Assembly: GCA_036558125.1 (NCBI GenBank)
Contig: DATBGE010000146.1
Location: 52,222 to 116,221, forward strand
Length of the DNA: 64,000 bases
Origin: Gemmatimonadales bacterium
Lineage (GTDB): Bacteria > Gemmatimonadota > Gemmatimonadetes > Gemmatimonadales > GWC2-71-9
Direction: 5' to 3'
Shown: positions 26,415 through 35,012 of the stretch, in pieces
How the letters are laid out: the number at the start of each line of letters is the position of its first letter
Position numbering within the stretch: position 1 is the first letter of the stretch
Notes under the pieces: generated by a model
The model's database searches: none
Seen by the model: the letters and a program-made list of their open reading frames with translations, nothing else
What the model was told of the DNA's origin: nothing
Program-made: the position numbers and the translations under genes

Positions 26415-27854
26415 TTGTCCAACATCCTCGACGATTTCGAATCCGACGCGACACCAGCAGCCGGATCCTTGTTGCTGCAGTTGGTCGGCCGATACCTGGA
26501 GGACACCCGCCGCGGCGAGGGGCCGGTCTCGACCGGACTCACGCCGGCTGAGCTGGCCCAGCAGTTCGCGGGTCCCATGCCTCGTCGCGGGCGCCCGCTT
26601 GATGAGGTAGTGGCGCACCTCGAGCGCGATGTTCTTCCCCACTGCAATCGCCTCACCCATCCGATGTATCTCGGCCATCAGGTGTCGGCCCCGCTCCCCG
26701 CAGCAATCTGGACCGAATCCCTGACCGCAGCGATCAACAATTCGCTCGCCGTGGCGGAGATGTCACCGGCCATCACGGCAATCGAGCGCCAGCTGATTCG
26801 CTGGATGGCCGACCTGGCCGGGTATGGAGCGGAAGCGGGAGGGACGTTCACGTCGGGGGGCACCGAGGCAACGTTCACGGCCCTCCTCGCCGCCCGGGCA
26901 AGGGCTCTGCCGGACGCGTGGGAGAATGGCATCGGAAGCGCTGCACCCGCCGTGGTCTACGGCGAGAATGCTCACTACGCCGTCACCCGGGCGATCGGTG
27001 AGCTAGGGATTGGACTCAAGGCGGGCGTCGTGGTCCCCAACCGCGACCACCGGATGGATCCGGCGGCGTTGAACACGGTGCTGGATGAGCTGGCGAGGAG
27101 GGGTCGCCAGATCATGGCGGTGGTGGCCACCGCCGGCTCGACTCCCACAGGATCGTTCGATGACCTGGAAACAATCGGGCGTGCCTGTGAAGCCCGTGGA
27201 ATCTGGCTCCACGTCGACGGTGCGCATGGCGCCTCGGCGTTGCTCTCCAGCCGGGACCGCTACCGCGTGAAAGGCATCGAGCGGGCCCGCTCCATCGCGT
27301 GGGATCCCCACAAGATGATGCTGCTGCCGCTCTCCGCGGGAATGCTGGTGGTCCGAGACGAGAGTGACGTCGATCAGGCGTTTCTGCAACGCGCTCCCTA
27401 CCTGTTCCACGGCGCTGAGGACCAACCCGTACCCGATCAGGGCGTCCGGAGCTTCGCCTGCTCCCGGCGGGCCGATGCCCTTAAGGCCTGGGTCGCCCTG
27501 CAGCGCTACGGAGCCGACGGGATTGGAGAGCTGTACGATCGTCTCTGTGACTTGACTACCGAGCTGCACAGCCTCATCGAGCGGCACTCCTCATTCGAAG
27601 CTTTGCACGCTCCCGAAAGCAATATCCTGTGCTTCCGGTTCGTAGGAGATGGGAGTCTCGACGACGCAGCTCTCGACCGGCTCAACAAGGAGTTGCGCGA
27701 GCGGTTCAATCGGTCTGGGGCGGGATGGATCACGACAACCGTCCTCAACGCGCGCCGTGTGCTTCGGGTGACGATCATGAATCCCCGGACCGGAGCCGCG
27801 CACCTCCAGCGCCTGCTTGATGGCCTCGCAGCCGAAGCGGGGCGAATGGGCTGA
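26415..27854 (+). CDS. Group II pyridoxal-phosphate-dependent decarboxylase
   Basis: HVDGAHGAS and the PLP-Lys context SIAWDPHKMMLLP. TTG start 26415; no in-frame ATG lies near the N-terminus. Confidence 0.85.
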   Translation: MSNILDDFESDATPAAGSLLLQLVGRYLEDTRRGEGPVSTGLTPAELAQQFAGPMPRRGRPLDEVVAHLERDVLPHCNRLTHPMYLGHQVSAPLPAAIWTESLTAAINNSLAVAEMSPAITAIERQLIRWMADLAGYGAEAGGTFTSGGTEATFTALLAARARALPDAWENGIGSAAPAVVYGENAHYAVTRAIGELGIGLKAGVVVPNRDHRMDPAALNTVLDELARRGRQIMAVVATAGSTPTGSFDDLETIGRACEARGIWLHVDGAHGASALLSSRDRYRVKGIERARSIAWDPHKMMLLPLSAGMLVVRDESDVDQAFLQRAPYLFHGAEDQPVPDQGVRSFACSRRADALKAWVALQRYGADGIGELYDRLCDLTTELHSLIERHSSFEALHAPESNILCFRFVGDGSLDDAALDRLNKELRERFNRSGAGWITTTVLNARRVLRVTIMNPRTGAAHLQRLLDGLAAEAGRMG

Positions 27855-27914
27855 GTGCTTGCCAGTCTGGTCGACGCTCCGTAGCTTGGCGGCCCCAACC
27901 GTGATCCTGCCACT

Positions 27915-29378
27915 GTGACGTTTCAGCGCAAGCTGCTCCTCGGTACGTCGCTTATGGTCCTTCCAGTCCTGCTCATCGGCCTGGAGGCGATCCGGAGTAA
28001 CGCCGAGGAACGGCGCGCCCTCGAAGCACTCGGCGCCGGGCTGGGTCGCACCCGCACCTACGCCGAGCTGGAAACCGCCATGTTCAACCAGACCGAGTCG
28101 GTCTGGCGTTATCTCACCGGCATGGATAACTCGGCTCGGAACGAGTTCCGCCTTGCGGGAGAGGTCGTGAACTACTGGTATGACCGCTGGCAGGGCGAGC
28201 TCAAACCGGACGAGATGGAGCTCGCGAAGAACGTGCAGGCGATCCAGACCCAGATCCAGGCGGTGGGGGACAGTGTCTTCAAGCTCTATGACAATGGCCA
28301 CCACGAACTGGCCTACCGGACCGCGCAACTCGAGCTGAAGGGGCGTCTCCAGCCGGCCCTCACCTCGCTCAATCGTGAGATCTATCGCCGGGCACGGGAG
28401 TTCAGCGTCCAAGCCGCCTTCACGCGGGTGGAGGAGATCGTCGACAATGAACGTCGCGTTCTCCTCGCGATCACCGGACTGGCACTCGTGGGCGGGCTGC
28501 TCATCTCGTGGCTCATCGCCCGGGGCCTGATCCGGCCCATTACGGACCTGAGTAACGCGATGGCCGTCGTGGGCGGCGGCGATCTCGACCACCCGATCCG
28601 GATTCAAGCCAGTGACGAGATTGGTGACTTGGCCCGCTCCTTCGCCGGGATGACCGAGAACCTGCGGAAATCGCGGGCCGAGATGGTCCGGCTCAACGGA
28701 GCGCTGGTGCAATCGGAAAAGCTGGCATCATTGGGAGAGATGGCGGCGGCCGTGGCTCACGGTCTTCGGAACCCGCTCGCGAGCCTGCGCGCTTCGGCTC
28801 AGCTCGCGTTGCGTCACCCCGATTCTCCAGCGGCGCGGGACCAGCTCTCCGCTATCATCCAGGAGGTAGACCGCCTGGACCGACGGATCAGCCACCTGCT
28901 GACTTTCTCCCGCCCCGCGCCCTTTCATCCCATGCCGGAGCGAATCGAGCAGCTGGTGCAAGGCATTCTTCCAACTTTCACCGAGCGGCTGCGGGCGCAG
29001 AGCGTGACTCTGGAGCAGGATCTCCCGGCGTCGCTTCCCGAAGTCAGGGTGGATCCGATGAAACTGGAGCAGGTGCTCGTGGAAATTGTCTCCAATGCGC
29101 TGGATGCCATGCCTTCCGGCGGCCGCTTGGTGATCGCAGGCCGGTTGGAGCAATCGGGTGAGACGCCTGGGCTCGCCGTAACCATTCAGGACACTGGATC
29201 AGGGATTCCCGAGCAAGTGCTTCCATCCATCGGCGAGCCGTTCTTTACAACCCGGCCCGAAGGCACCGGCCTGGGCCTGGCCACGGCACGGCGGTTCGTG
29301 GAACAGCACGGAGGTCGCCTCGACCTGGCCAGCCGCGAAGGAGAAGGGACCACAGTGAAGATCTGGCTGCCGGAATGA
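27915..29378 (+). CDS. Sensor histidine kinase (TM-HAMP-HisKA-HATPase), NtrB-like partner of the downstream activator
   Basis: H-box AAAVAHGLRNPL and G-boxes DTGSGIP and GTGLGLA. 4-nt overlap with the regulator gene. Confidence 0.9.
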   Translation: MTFQRKLLLGTSLMVLPVLLIGLEAIRSNAEERRALEALGAGLGRTRTYAELETAMFNQTESVWRYLTGMDNSARNEFRLAGEVVNYWYDRWQGELKPDEMELAKNVQAIQTQIQAVGDSVFKLYDNGHHELAYRTAQLELKGRLQPALTSLNREIYRRAREFSVQAAFTRVEEIVDNERRVLLAITGLALVGGLLISWLIARGLIRPITDLSNAMAVVGGGDLDHPIRIQASDEIGDLARSFAGMTENLRKSRAEMVRLNGALVQSEKLASLGEMAAAVAHGLRNPLASLRASAQLALRHPDSPAARDQLSAIIQEVDRLDRRISHLLTFSRPAPFHPMPERIEQLVQGILPTFTERLRAQSVTLEQDLPASLPEVRVDPMKLEQVLVEIVSNALDAMPSGGRLVIAGRLEQSGETPGLAVTIQDTGSGIPEQVLPSIGEPFFTTRPEGTGLGLATARRFVEQHGGRLDLASREGEGTTVKIWLPE

Positions 29379-30757
29379 ACGGATCCACCGTCCTCATCGT
29401 CGACGACGAGCGCAACCTCGCACGCGCGATGAGGGCGTTCCTCGCCGAGCACGGATACGAGAGCGAAGTCGCGGGAGACGCGGAACAGGCGCTGCGGCTT
29501 CTGCCGACACTGCACCCAGACGTGATCTTCAGCGATGTTCGCCTCCCGGGCATGACTGGCATCGAGCTGCTCAAGCGAATCAAGGAGTTCGATCCCGCGA
29601 TTCCCGTGGTGATCATGACCGCCTTCGGTTCGATCGAAGGTGCCGTGGAAGCGGTGAAGCTGGGCGCGTTCGACTACGTGAAGAAACCGCTGGATCTGGA
29701 AGAGCTGAGGCTTCTGGCCGACCGGGCCCGGGAGACTTCGCTCATGAAGCAGGAGCTGTCCTACCTGCGGCGGCGAGTGGCTCGCGATATCCCCTTTGCC
29801 AACGTGCTGGGTGAGTCACCCGTCATGCGAGGAGTGCTGGAGCAGGTTCGGCAGATCGCCGCCTTGGACGAGACGCCACCGGTCCTGATCACGGGGGAAA
29901 CCGGAACCGGCAAGGGCCTCGTGGCAAGGACGATCCATGCTTCGGGGACCCGCGCGAATCGTCCGTTCATCGACGTCAATTGCACCGCGCTCCCCGCGAC
30001 CCTCATGGAAGCCGAGCTCTTCGGCTATGAGCGCGGCGCCTTCACCGACGCCAAGGAGTCGAAGATCGGCCTGTTCGAGGCGGCCGAGGGCGGCTTCCTC
30101 TTCCTCGACGAAATCGGCGACGTCGAGTTGGCACTCCAGGGCAAACTCCTGCGCGCCATCGAAGAGCGGGTAGTGCGACGGGTGGGTGGGATCCGGGACC
30201 GGAAGATCGACGTGCGGATCCTGGCGGCGACCAATCGAGATCTGGAGCGGGACGCCGGCGGCGAGCGTTTCCGCAAGGACCTCTATTTCCGGCTAGCCGT
30301 CATCCTGATTCGTCTCCCGCCCCTCCGCGATCGGGGCAACGATGTTCTGCTGCTCGCGGAGCATTACGTTCGGGAATTCTCCGTCAAGTACGGACGCGAG
30401 GTCCGGGGCATGGACTCGCAAGCGCGCGAAGAGTTGATGGCCTATCCCTGGCCGGGGAATGTTCGCGAGTTGAGCCACGTGATCGAGCGGGCTGTGCTGT
30501 GGAGTCGCGGCGGAGATCTCTCAGCCGAGCACCTCGCCCTTACCCGTCCATCCGATCAGGCCCAGCCTCCCCGAGCTTCGGGCCCGACCGCACCGAGCCG
30601 TGGAGCCGTGGAGGCGGCGAGTCTCGAACAATGGGAACGTCAGCTGCTCGAACAGGCTCTCAAAGAGGAGGGCGGGAACCAGACCAAAGCCGCTCAGCGG
30701 CTGGGGATTTCCCGGGATACGCTGCGTTACCGGATCAAAAAGTATGGGTTAGGTTAG
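29375..30757 (+). CDS. Sigma-54-dependent response regulator (NtrC family bEBP)
   Basis: Receiver domain (VDDERN...SDVRLPGMTG), AAA+ Walker A GETGTGKG, GAFTGA-type loop ERGAFTDA, and a C-terminal Fis-type HTH (QTKAAQRLGISRDTLRYRIKKY). Confidence 0.95.
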   Translation: MNGSTVLIVDDERNLARAMRAFLAEHGYESEVAGDAEQALRLLPTLHPDVIFSDVRLPGMTGIELLKRIKEFDPAIPVVIMTAFGSIEGAVEAVKLGAFDYVKKPLDLEELRLLADRARETSLMKQELSYLRRRVARDIPFANVLGESPVMRGVLEQVRQIAALDETPPVLITGETGTGKGLVARTIHASGTRANRPFIDVNCTALPATLMEAELFGYERGAFTDAKESKIGLFEAAEGGFLFLDEIGDVELALQGKLLRAIEERVVRRVGGIRDRKIDVRILAATNRDLERDAGGERFRKDLYFRLAVILIRLPPLRDRGNDVLLLAEHYVREFSVKYGREVRGMDSQAREELMAYPWPGNVRELSHVIERAVLWSRGGDLSAEHLALTRPSDQAQPPRASGPTAPSRGAVEAASLEQWERQLLEQALKEEGGNQTKAAQRLGISRDTLRYRIKKYGLG

Positions 30758-30793
30758 TGGGTGATCTCACCCAGGATTGGGTTATTTCACCCA
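30758..30793. promoter_or_regulatory. Two tandem 16-bp palindromes, candidate enhancer (UAS) sites for the adjacent NtrC-family activator
   Basis: TGGGTGA-TC-TCACCCA at 30758-30773 is a perfect palindrome. TGGGTTA-TT-TCACCCA at 30778-30793 is a second copy. Their centres are 20 bp apart and lie about 95-115 bp upstream of the -24 element. Confidence 0.55.
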
Positions 30794-30878
30794 CTTCACC
30801 CCCATATTCGAGTCTGGGGGTACATGCCAAGTCTCTTTAATACAATCACTTACGAATTTGCCTGATGACGACTGAGTC

Positions 30879-30893
30879 CGGCACGCTGGATGC
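30879..30893 (+). promoter_or_regulatory. Candidate sigma-54 promoter of the pqq operon
   Basis: CGGCAC-GCTGG-ATGC, an 8 of 10 match to TGGCAC-N5-TTGC with GG-N10-GC spacing intact. It lies about 64 nt upstream of the pqqA ATG. Confidence 0.5.
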
Positions 30894-30956
30894 TTTACCC
30901 TAGAACGGTACTGCTGCGCTGCAGTCACAGACGTAATCTCTTTGGAGGGTACTTCG

Positions 30957-31031
30957 ATGTCTTGGACCAAGCCAGAAGCTGAAGTGGTTGCGGTCACCAT
31001 GGAAGTCACCGCGTACGTCGCGACGCTTTAA
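30957..31031 (+). CDS. pqqA: Coenzyme PQQ precursor peptide (24 aa; absent from the ORF track)
   Basis: My translation is MSWTKPEAEVVAVTMEVTAYVATL*. It carries the conserved E-x3-Y (EVTAY). GGAGGG lies 7 nt upstream of the ATG. The ORF sits directly upstream of pqqB. Confidence 0.85.
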   Translation: MSWTKPEAEVVAVTMEVTAYVATL

Positions 31032-31082
31032 ACTCGCGATGCACCGGACGGGGCTCGCGGAAGCGGGCCCCGTTTGTTTTGT

Positions 31083-31991
31083 ATGGACCTCATTCTCCTA
31101 GGCACCGCCGCCGGCGGCGGGTTCCCTCAGTGGAACTGCTGGTGCCCACCTTGCCGCGTTGCGCGAACCGATCCGGCTCGGGCCCACCCCCGCACTCAAT
31201 CCTCCGCCGCAGTCTCGGCGGACGGCAAGCGATGGTTTCTGCTTAACGCTTCACCGGACGTGCGGCTCCAGCTGGGGCTGTTGAACGGGCAGGCTCCCGC
31301 CGGTATTCGTCACGTGCCGGTCGAAGGTGTGATCGTCACTGACGCGGAGTTGGATCATACGCTTGGCCTGGCATTGCTCCGCGAGGCTCGACAGCTCAGC
31401 CTCTACGCCACCGATGCGGTCCTTGGCGTCGTTCGTGAGGATTCGCGATTGCTGCCGGTGACCGAGGCCTTCTCGGAGGTCACTGTCACGAGGTTGTCTC
31501 TGGATCACGAGGTTCCTTTGCTCTACCGGGACGGGACACCCAGCGGCCTCGAGGTGACTGCCTTCAGCGTAGCAGGAGATCCGCCCCGGTTCGCGCGGCG
31601 CGAGGAGGCGGGCCACACCATCGGACTCTCGTTGCGGGACTCCAGGTCCGGGAACAAGGCTGCATTCATTCCTGGCTGTGGCGCGCTCGATGAGAAGCTG
31701 CTCGCTCGTCTGCGCAGGACGGATTCGCTCTTCATCGACGGTACTTTCTGGGATGACGCAGAGCTTCTCACACTCGGGATCAGCGATCGTTCGGCCCGGC
31801 AGATGGGGCATGTACCGGTCTCGGGAAAAGAGGGAAGTCTGGCTCGGCTTCGGGATCTCCCTTGCCGAAATCGGGTCTACACCCATATCAACAATTCGAA
31901 TCCCATGCTGCTGGAGGACTCGCCCGAGCGGCGCGAAGTTGAGGCCGCCGGCGTTCTGGTGGGAGACGACGGGATGAGATTTTCACTATGA
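31083..31991 (+). CDS. pqqB: PQQ biosynthesis protein B (metallo-beta-lactamase fold)
   Basis: N-terminus MDLILLGTAAGGGFPQWNCWC. ATG 31083 is preferred over TTG 31074. Confidence 0.9.
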   Translation: MDLILLGTAAGGGFPQWNCWCPPCRVARTDPARAHPRTQSSAAVSADGKRWFLLNASPDVRLQLGLLNGQAPAGIRHVPVEGVIVTDAELDHTLGLALLREARQLSLYATDAVLGVVREDSRLLPVTEAFSEVTVTRLSLDHEVPLLYRDGTPSGLEVTAFSVAGDPPRFARREEAGHTIGLSLRDSRSGNKAAFIPGCGALDEKLLARLRRTDSLFIDGTFWDDAELLTLGISDRSARQMGHVPVSGKEGSLARLRDLPCRNRVYTHINNSNPMLLEDSPERREVEAAGVLVGDDGMRFSL

Positions 31992-32770
31992 CGACGGTGT
32001 TCAACATGACGACGGTGTTCAACGAATCCAGGCTGACGAGCGTTCCGCGCCCCGCGATTCCGGAGCTCTCCCGCCCGCTAACGCCGGCAGAGCTGGAGGA
32101 AGCGCTGCGCGGGTTCCACGGCTCCTATTATGTCGAACACCCGTTTCACAAGCTGATGTATCAAGGCAAGCTCACCCCGAGACAATTCCAGGGCTGGGCC
32201 GCCAACCGGCTCGCCTACCAGCGCGTGGTCCCCCGTAAAGATGCGGCGATCCTGTCCAATTGTCCGGATCCCGCGGTTCGCCGGAAGTGGATCCAGCGCC
32301 TCATCGATCACGACGGGACGCGGGAGGGTGAAGGCGGGATCGAGATGTGGATCAGGCTTGGCATCGCACTCGGCGTTCCCCGGGAGGAGATGGAAGACGA
32401 GCGCCATGTGCTCCCCGCGGTCCGCCTGATCTGCGAATCCTACGTCTGGTTCTGCAAATCGAAGCCCTGGGTCCAGGCCTGCGCGTCATCTCTCACGGAG
32501 CTGTTTGCCCCTAAGATTCACAACCAGCGCATCGAGGCCTTCCCGGTCCATTACCCGTGGATCCCGCCTGAAGCGCTGGACTATTTCAAGAGCAGACTGG
32601 TCCAGGCGCCGCGCGACGTGAAGCATGGCCTCTCGATCGTGCAGCGGCATTGCACCACCCTGGAGACCCAGCGCCAGGCTTTCGAGGCACTGGCCTTCAA
32701 GCTGGAAATGCTCTGGGCGATGATCGATACGATTCACAATGCATACCGGGAGGGAGTCGATAGTCAGTAG
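31988..32770 (+). CDS. pqqC: Pyrroloquinoline-quinone synthase
   Basis: HPFHKLMYQGKLTPRQFQGWAANRLAYQ pattern. ATGA overlap with pqqB. ATG 32006 is an alternative start inside the duplicated 18-mer. Confidence 0.9.
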   Translation: MTTVFNMTTVFNESRLTSVPRPAIPELSRPLTPAELEEALRGFHGSYYVEHPFHKLMYQGKLTPRQFQGWAANRLAYQRVVPRKDAAILSNCPDPAVRRKWIQRLIDHDGTREGEGGIEMWIRLGIALGVPREEMEDERHVLPAVRLICESYVWFCKSKPWVQACASSLTELFAPKIHNQRIEAFPVHYPWIPPEALDYFKSRLVQAPRDVKHGLSIVQRHCTTLETQRQAFEALAFKLEMLWAMIDTIHNAYREGVDSQ

Positions 32771-32788
32771 CTAACAGTCGATCGACTT

Positions 32789-33112
32789 ATGACAGAACTC
32801 ATTGACCACCGACCATCGACCCGCGACAGCGTCATGACTCCGGACTCCCGCCCTCTACTCTGGCGCCTGGCCAGGATCGATTTCGACCGGGTTCGCCAGC
32901 GGCCGGTCCTGCTGTACCCCGAGGGGGCGATGTTCATCAACGAGACCGGGAAGGCGATCCTCGAGCTCTGCAACGGCGTGCGCACTGCCGGGGAGATCGC
33001 GCGCGAGCTCGGAGAGCGATATCACAGTGAGGTTCTGAACGACGTGATCGAGTATCTCGCCGGGATGGAACAGCGGAATCTGGTCGTCGATCGAGCGGCG
33101 GTGGTCTCATGA
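32789..33112 (+). CDS. pqqD: PQQ biosynthesis peptide chaperone
   Basis: About 100 aa with the pattern LLYPEGAMFINETGKAILELCNG. Sits between pqqC and pqqE. Confidence 0.85.
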   Translation: MTELIDHRPSTRDSVMTPDSRPLLWRLARIDFDRVRQRPVLLYPEGAMFINETGKAILELCNGVRTAGEIARELGERYHSEVLNDVIEYLAGMEQRNLVVDRAAVVS

Positions 33113-34221
33113 CTGCACCACGCATCCTGAATCAGCCGACGACGCTGCTGGCGGAAATCACCTATCGCTGCCCGCTGCACTGCCCGTATTGCTCCAATCC
33201 CCTGGAGATGACCCGGGCCGAGGCCGAGCTGTCGACCTCGGACTGGAAACGGGTGTTCACCGAGGCCCGAAACCTCGGCGTCCTCCAGCTCGGGTTGTCA
33301 GGCGGAGAGCCGCTGGTGCGGAAGGATCTGGAAGAGCTCGTCGCACACGCTCGCAGCGAAGGCATGTATTCGACCCTGGTGACCTCGGGACTCGGCCTCA
33401 CGCGAAATCGGGCCCAGAGTCTCAAGGAAGCCGGGATCGATCACGTACAAATTTCGTTTCAGGACGCCGACACCGACTCCGCTGAGCAGATTGCCGGCAT
33501 TCGGTCAGTGAAGCAGAAGCGAGCGGCAGCCGAGCTGGTACGGGAGCTGGATCTCGCGTTCTCGGTGAACGTGGTACTGCACCGGCAGAACCTGGATCAT
33601 CTGAGCGATATCATCGAGATGGCGGCGTCGATGGGCGCCGATCGGCTGGAGTTGGCTAACACTCAGTACTACGGGTGGGCCCTCAAGAACCGGGCGGCGC
33701 TGCTTCCCACCCGGGAACAGGTCGAGGCATCGAAGGCAGTGGCGGAGGCGGCCATCAAGAAGTATCGGGGAAAGATGCAGATCCTCTATGTGCTGCCCGA
33801 CTATTACGAGACCTACCCGAAGGCCTGTTATGGCGGGTGGGGGAACGTGTACATCCTGGTGACGCCGGATGGTCGTGCCCTGCCCTGTCACGGTGCGACG
33901 CAGATCCCTTCGCTCTCGTTCGTCGATGTGCGGGAGCGGCCGCTCGACTGGATCTGGCAACACTCCCCGATCTTCAACGCCTTCCGTGGCGACAGCTGGA
34001 TGAAAGAGCCTTGCCGCACTTGTCCCCGGAAGAACGTGGACTTCAGCGGCTGCCGCTGTCAGGCGTTCGCGCTCACCGGCGACGCGACCAACCCCGATCC
34101 CGTCTGTACGCTCACCCCTCTGCGGTCGATCATCGATGAGGCACTGGAGGTAAACGGGAGTCGGCCGGAGTATGTCTATCGGCACATCGAGAAGGAGCCG
34201 GTTGGGCCTGGGGTGCCTTAA
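33109..34221 (+). CDS. pqqE: PQQ biosynthesis radical SAM enzyme
   Basis: CPLHCPYC radical-SAM cluster motif and a C-terminal SPASM-like Cys-rich region. Confidence 0.95.
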   Translation: MTAPRILNQPTTLLAEITYRCPLHCPYCSNPLEMTRAEAELSTSDWKRVFTEARNLGVLQLGLSGGEPLVRKDLEELVAHARSEGMYSTLVTSGLGLTRNRAQSLKEAGIDHVQISFQDADTDSAEQIAGIRSVKQKRAAAELVRELDLAFSVNVVLHRQNLDHLSDIIEMAASMGADRLELANTQYYGWALKNRAALLPTREQVEASKAVAEAAIKKYRGKMQILYVLPDYYETYPKACYGGWGNVYILVTPDGRALPCHGATQIPSLSFVDVRERPLDWIWQHSPIFNAFRGDSWMKEPCRTCPRKNVDFSGCRCQAFALTGDATNPDPVCTLTPLRSIIDEALEVNGSRPEYVYRHIEKEPVGPGVP

Positions 34222-35003
34222 GGCTGGCAGCTCCCCCCGCTCACTCGTTCAAGCCGTATAGTCTGCTCTACCCTCGTTTGCGCACCGTGCGGGAGCTCAT
34301 CGCTGGCCGGGATCGCCGCTTCGGCTTCGATCGAGCGATCCCAGCCCATCAAACCCGCCGCCGGATCCCAGAGCATCAGTGCAGTCTCCTGCTCGACCTG
34401 CTGGGCGGTGTCCGCCAACGAGTCTCCTCCCAGCCTCGGGTGCAGGGTCCGGTGTCCAAGCATTCGATAACGCTGCAGATTCTTCTGGTCCGACTGGCGG
34501 CTGATGATCCATCCCGTCGAGTCCTGCCAGCGTTGCCCCGGGTCCAGGGATGTGCCCGGCACCGGGGGGAAAAAATCGTCGAGCGCCGCGGTAAGATTGG
34601 TAATTTCGGCGATCTCGCCGGGGACGAAGGGTGCGTCAATCCGGGAATACCGGCCCTCCGGGTCGAGCAGACCCAGGAACCGGCCGCCGATGACGCCGTC
34701 GGTATCGACGGCCCGCTGGCCAGTCGCTTCGGCACGCCACACCATCAGGGAGTCGAACCAGCTCTCGATCAGCATCCCGCCCGCGGTATCACGGGCGGTC
34801 ACGACCAGTAGTCCGCTTCGGCCACTGTTCTGTCGCAGGACCCGGTTTCCGCTCTCGAGCCGCAGGCTGGTCTCCACCGACTGGTGGAACCGCGCGCATG
34901 CGAGATCGGCGGTGCGGTAACGGATCGGGGCTGCCTGGGCCGATACGGGCGCAGGCAGGGCCAGGAGGGTTACAATCGGAAGTAGGGCGCCAATCACCTT
35001 CAT
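34218..35003 (-). CDS. Hypothetical secreted protein
   Basis: Signal peptide MKVIGALLPIVTLLALPAPVSAQA. No motif recognised. Confidence 0.55.
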   Translation of the reverse strand: MKVIGALLPIVTLLALPAPVSAQAAPIRYRTADLACARFHQSVETSLRLESGNRVLRQNSGRSGLLVVTARDTAGGMLIESWFDSLMVWRAEATGQRAVDTDGVIGGRFLGLLDPEGRYSRIDAPFVPGEIAEITNLTAALDDFFPPVPGTSLDPGQRWQDSTGWIISRQSDQKNLQRYRMLGHRTLHPRLGGDSLADTAQQVEQETALMLWDPAAGLMGWDRSIEAEAAIPASDELPHGAQTRVEQTIRLERVSGGSCQP

Positions 35004-35012
35004 GAGGACAAT

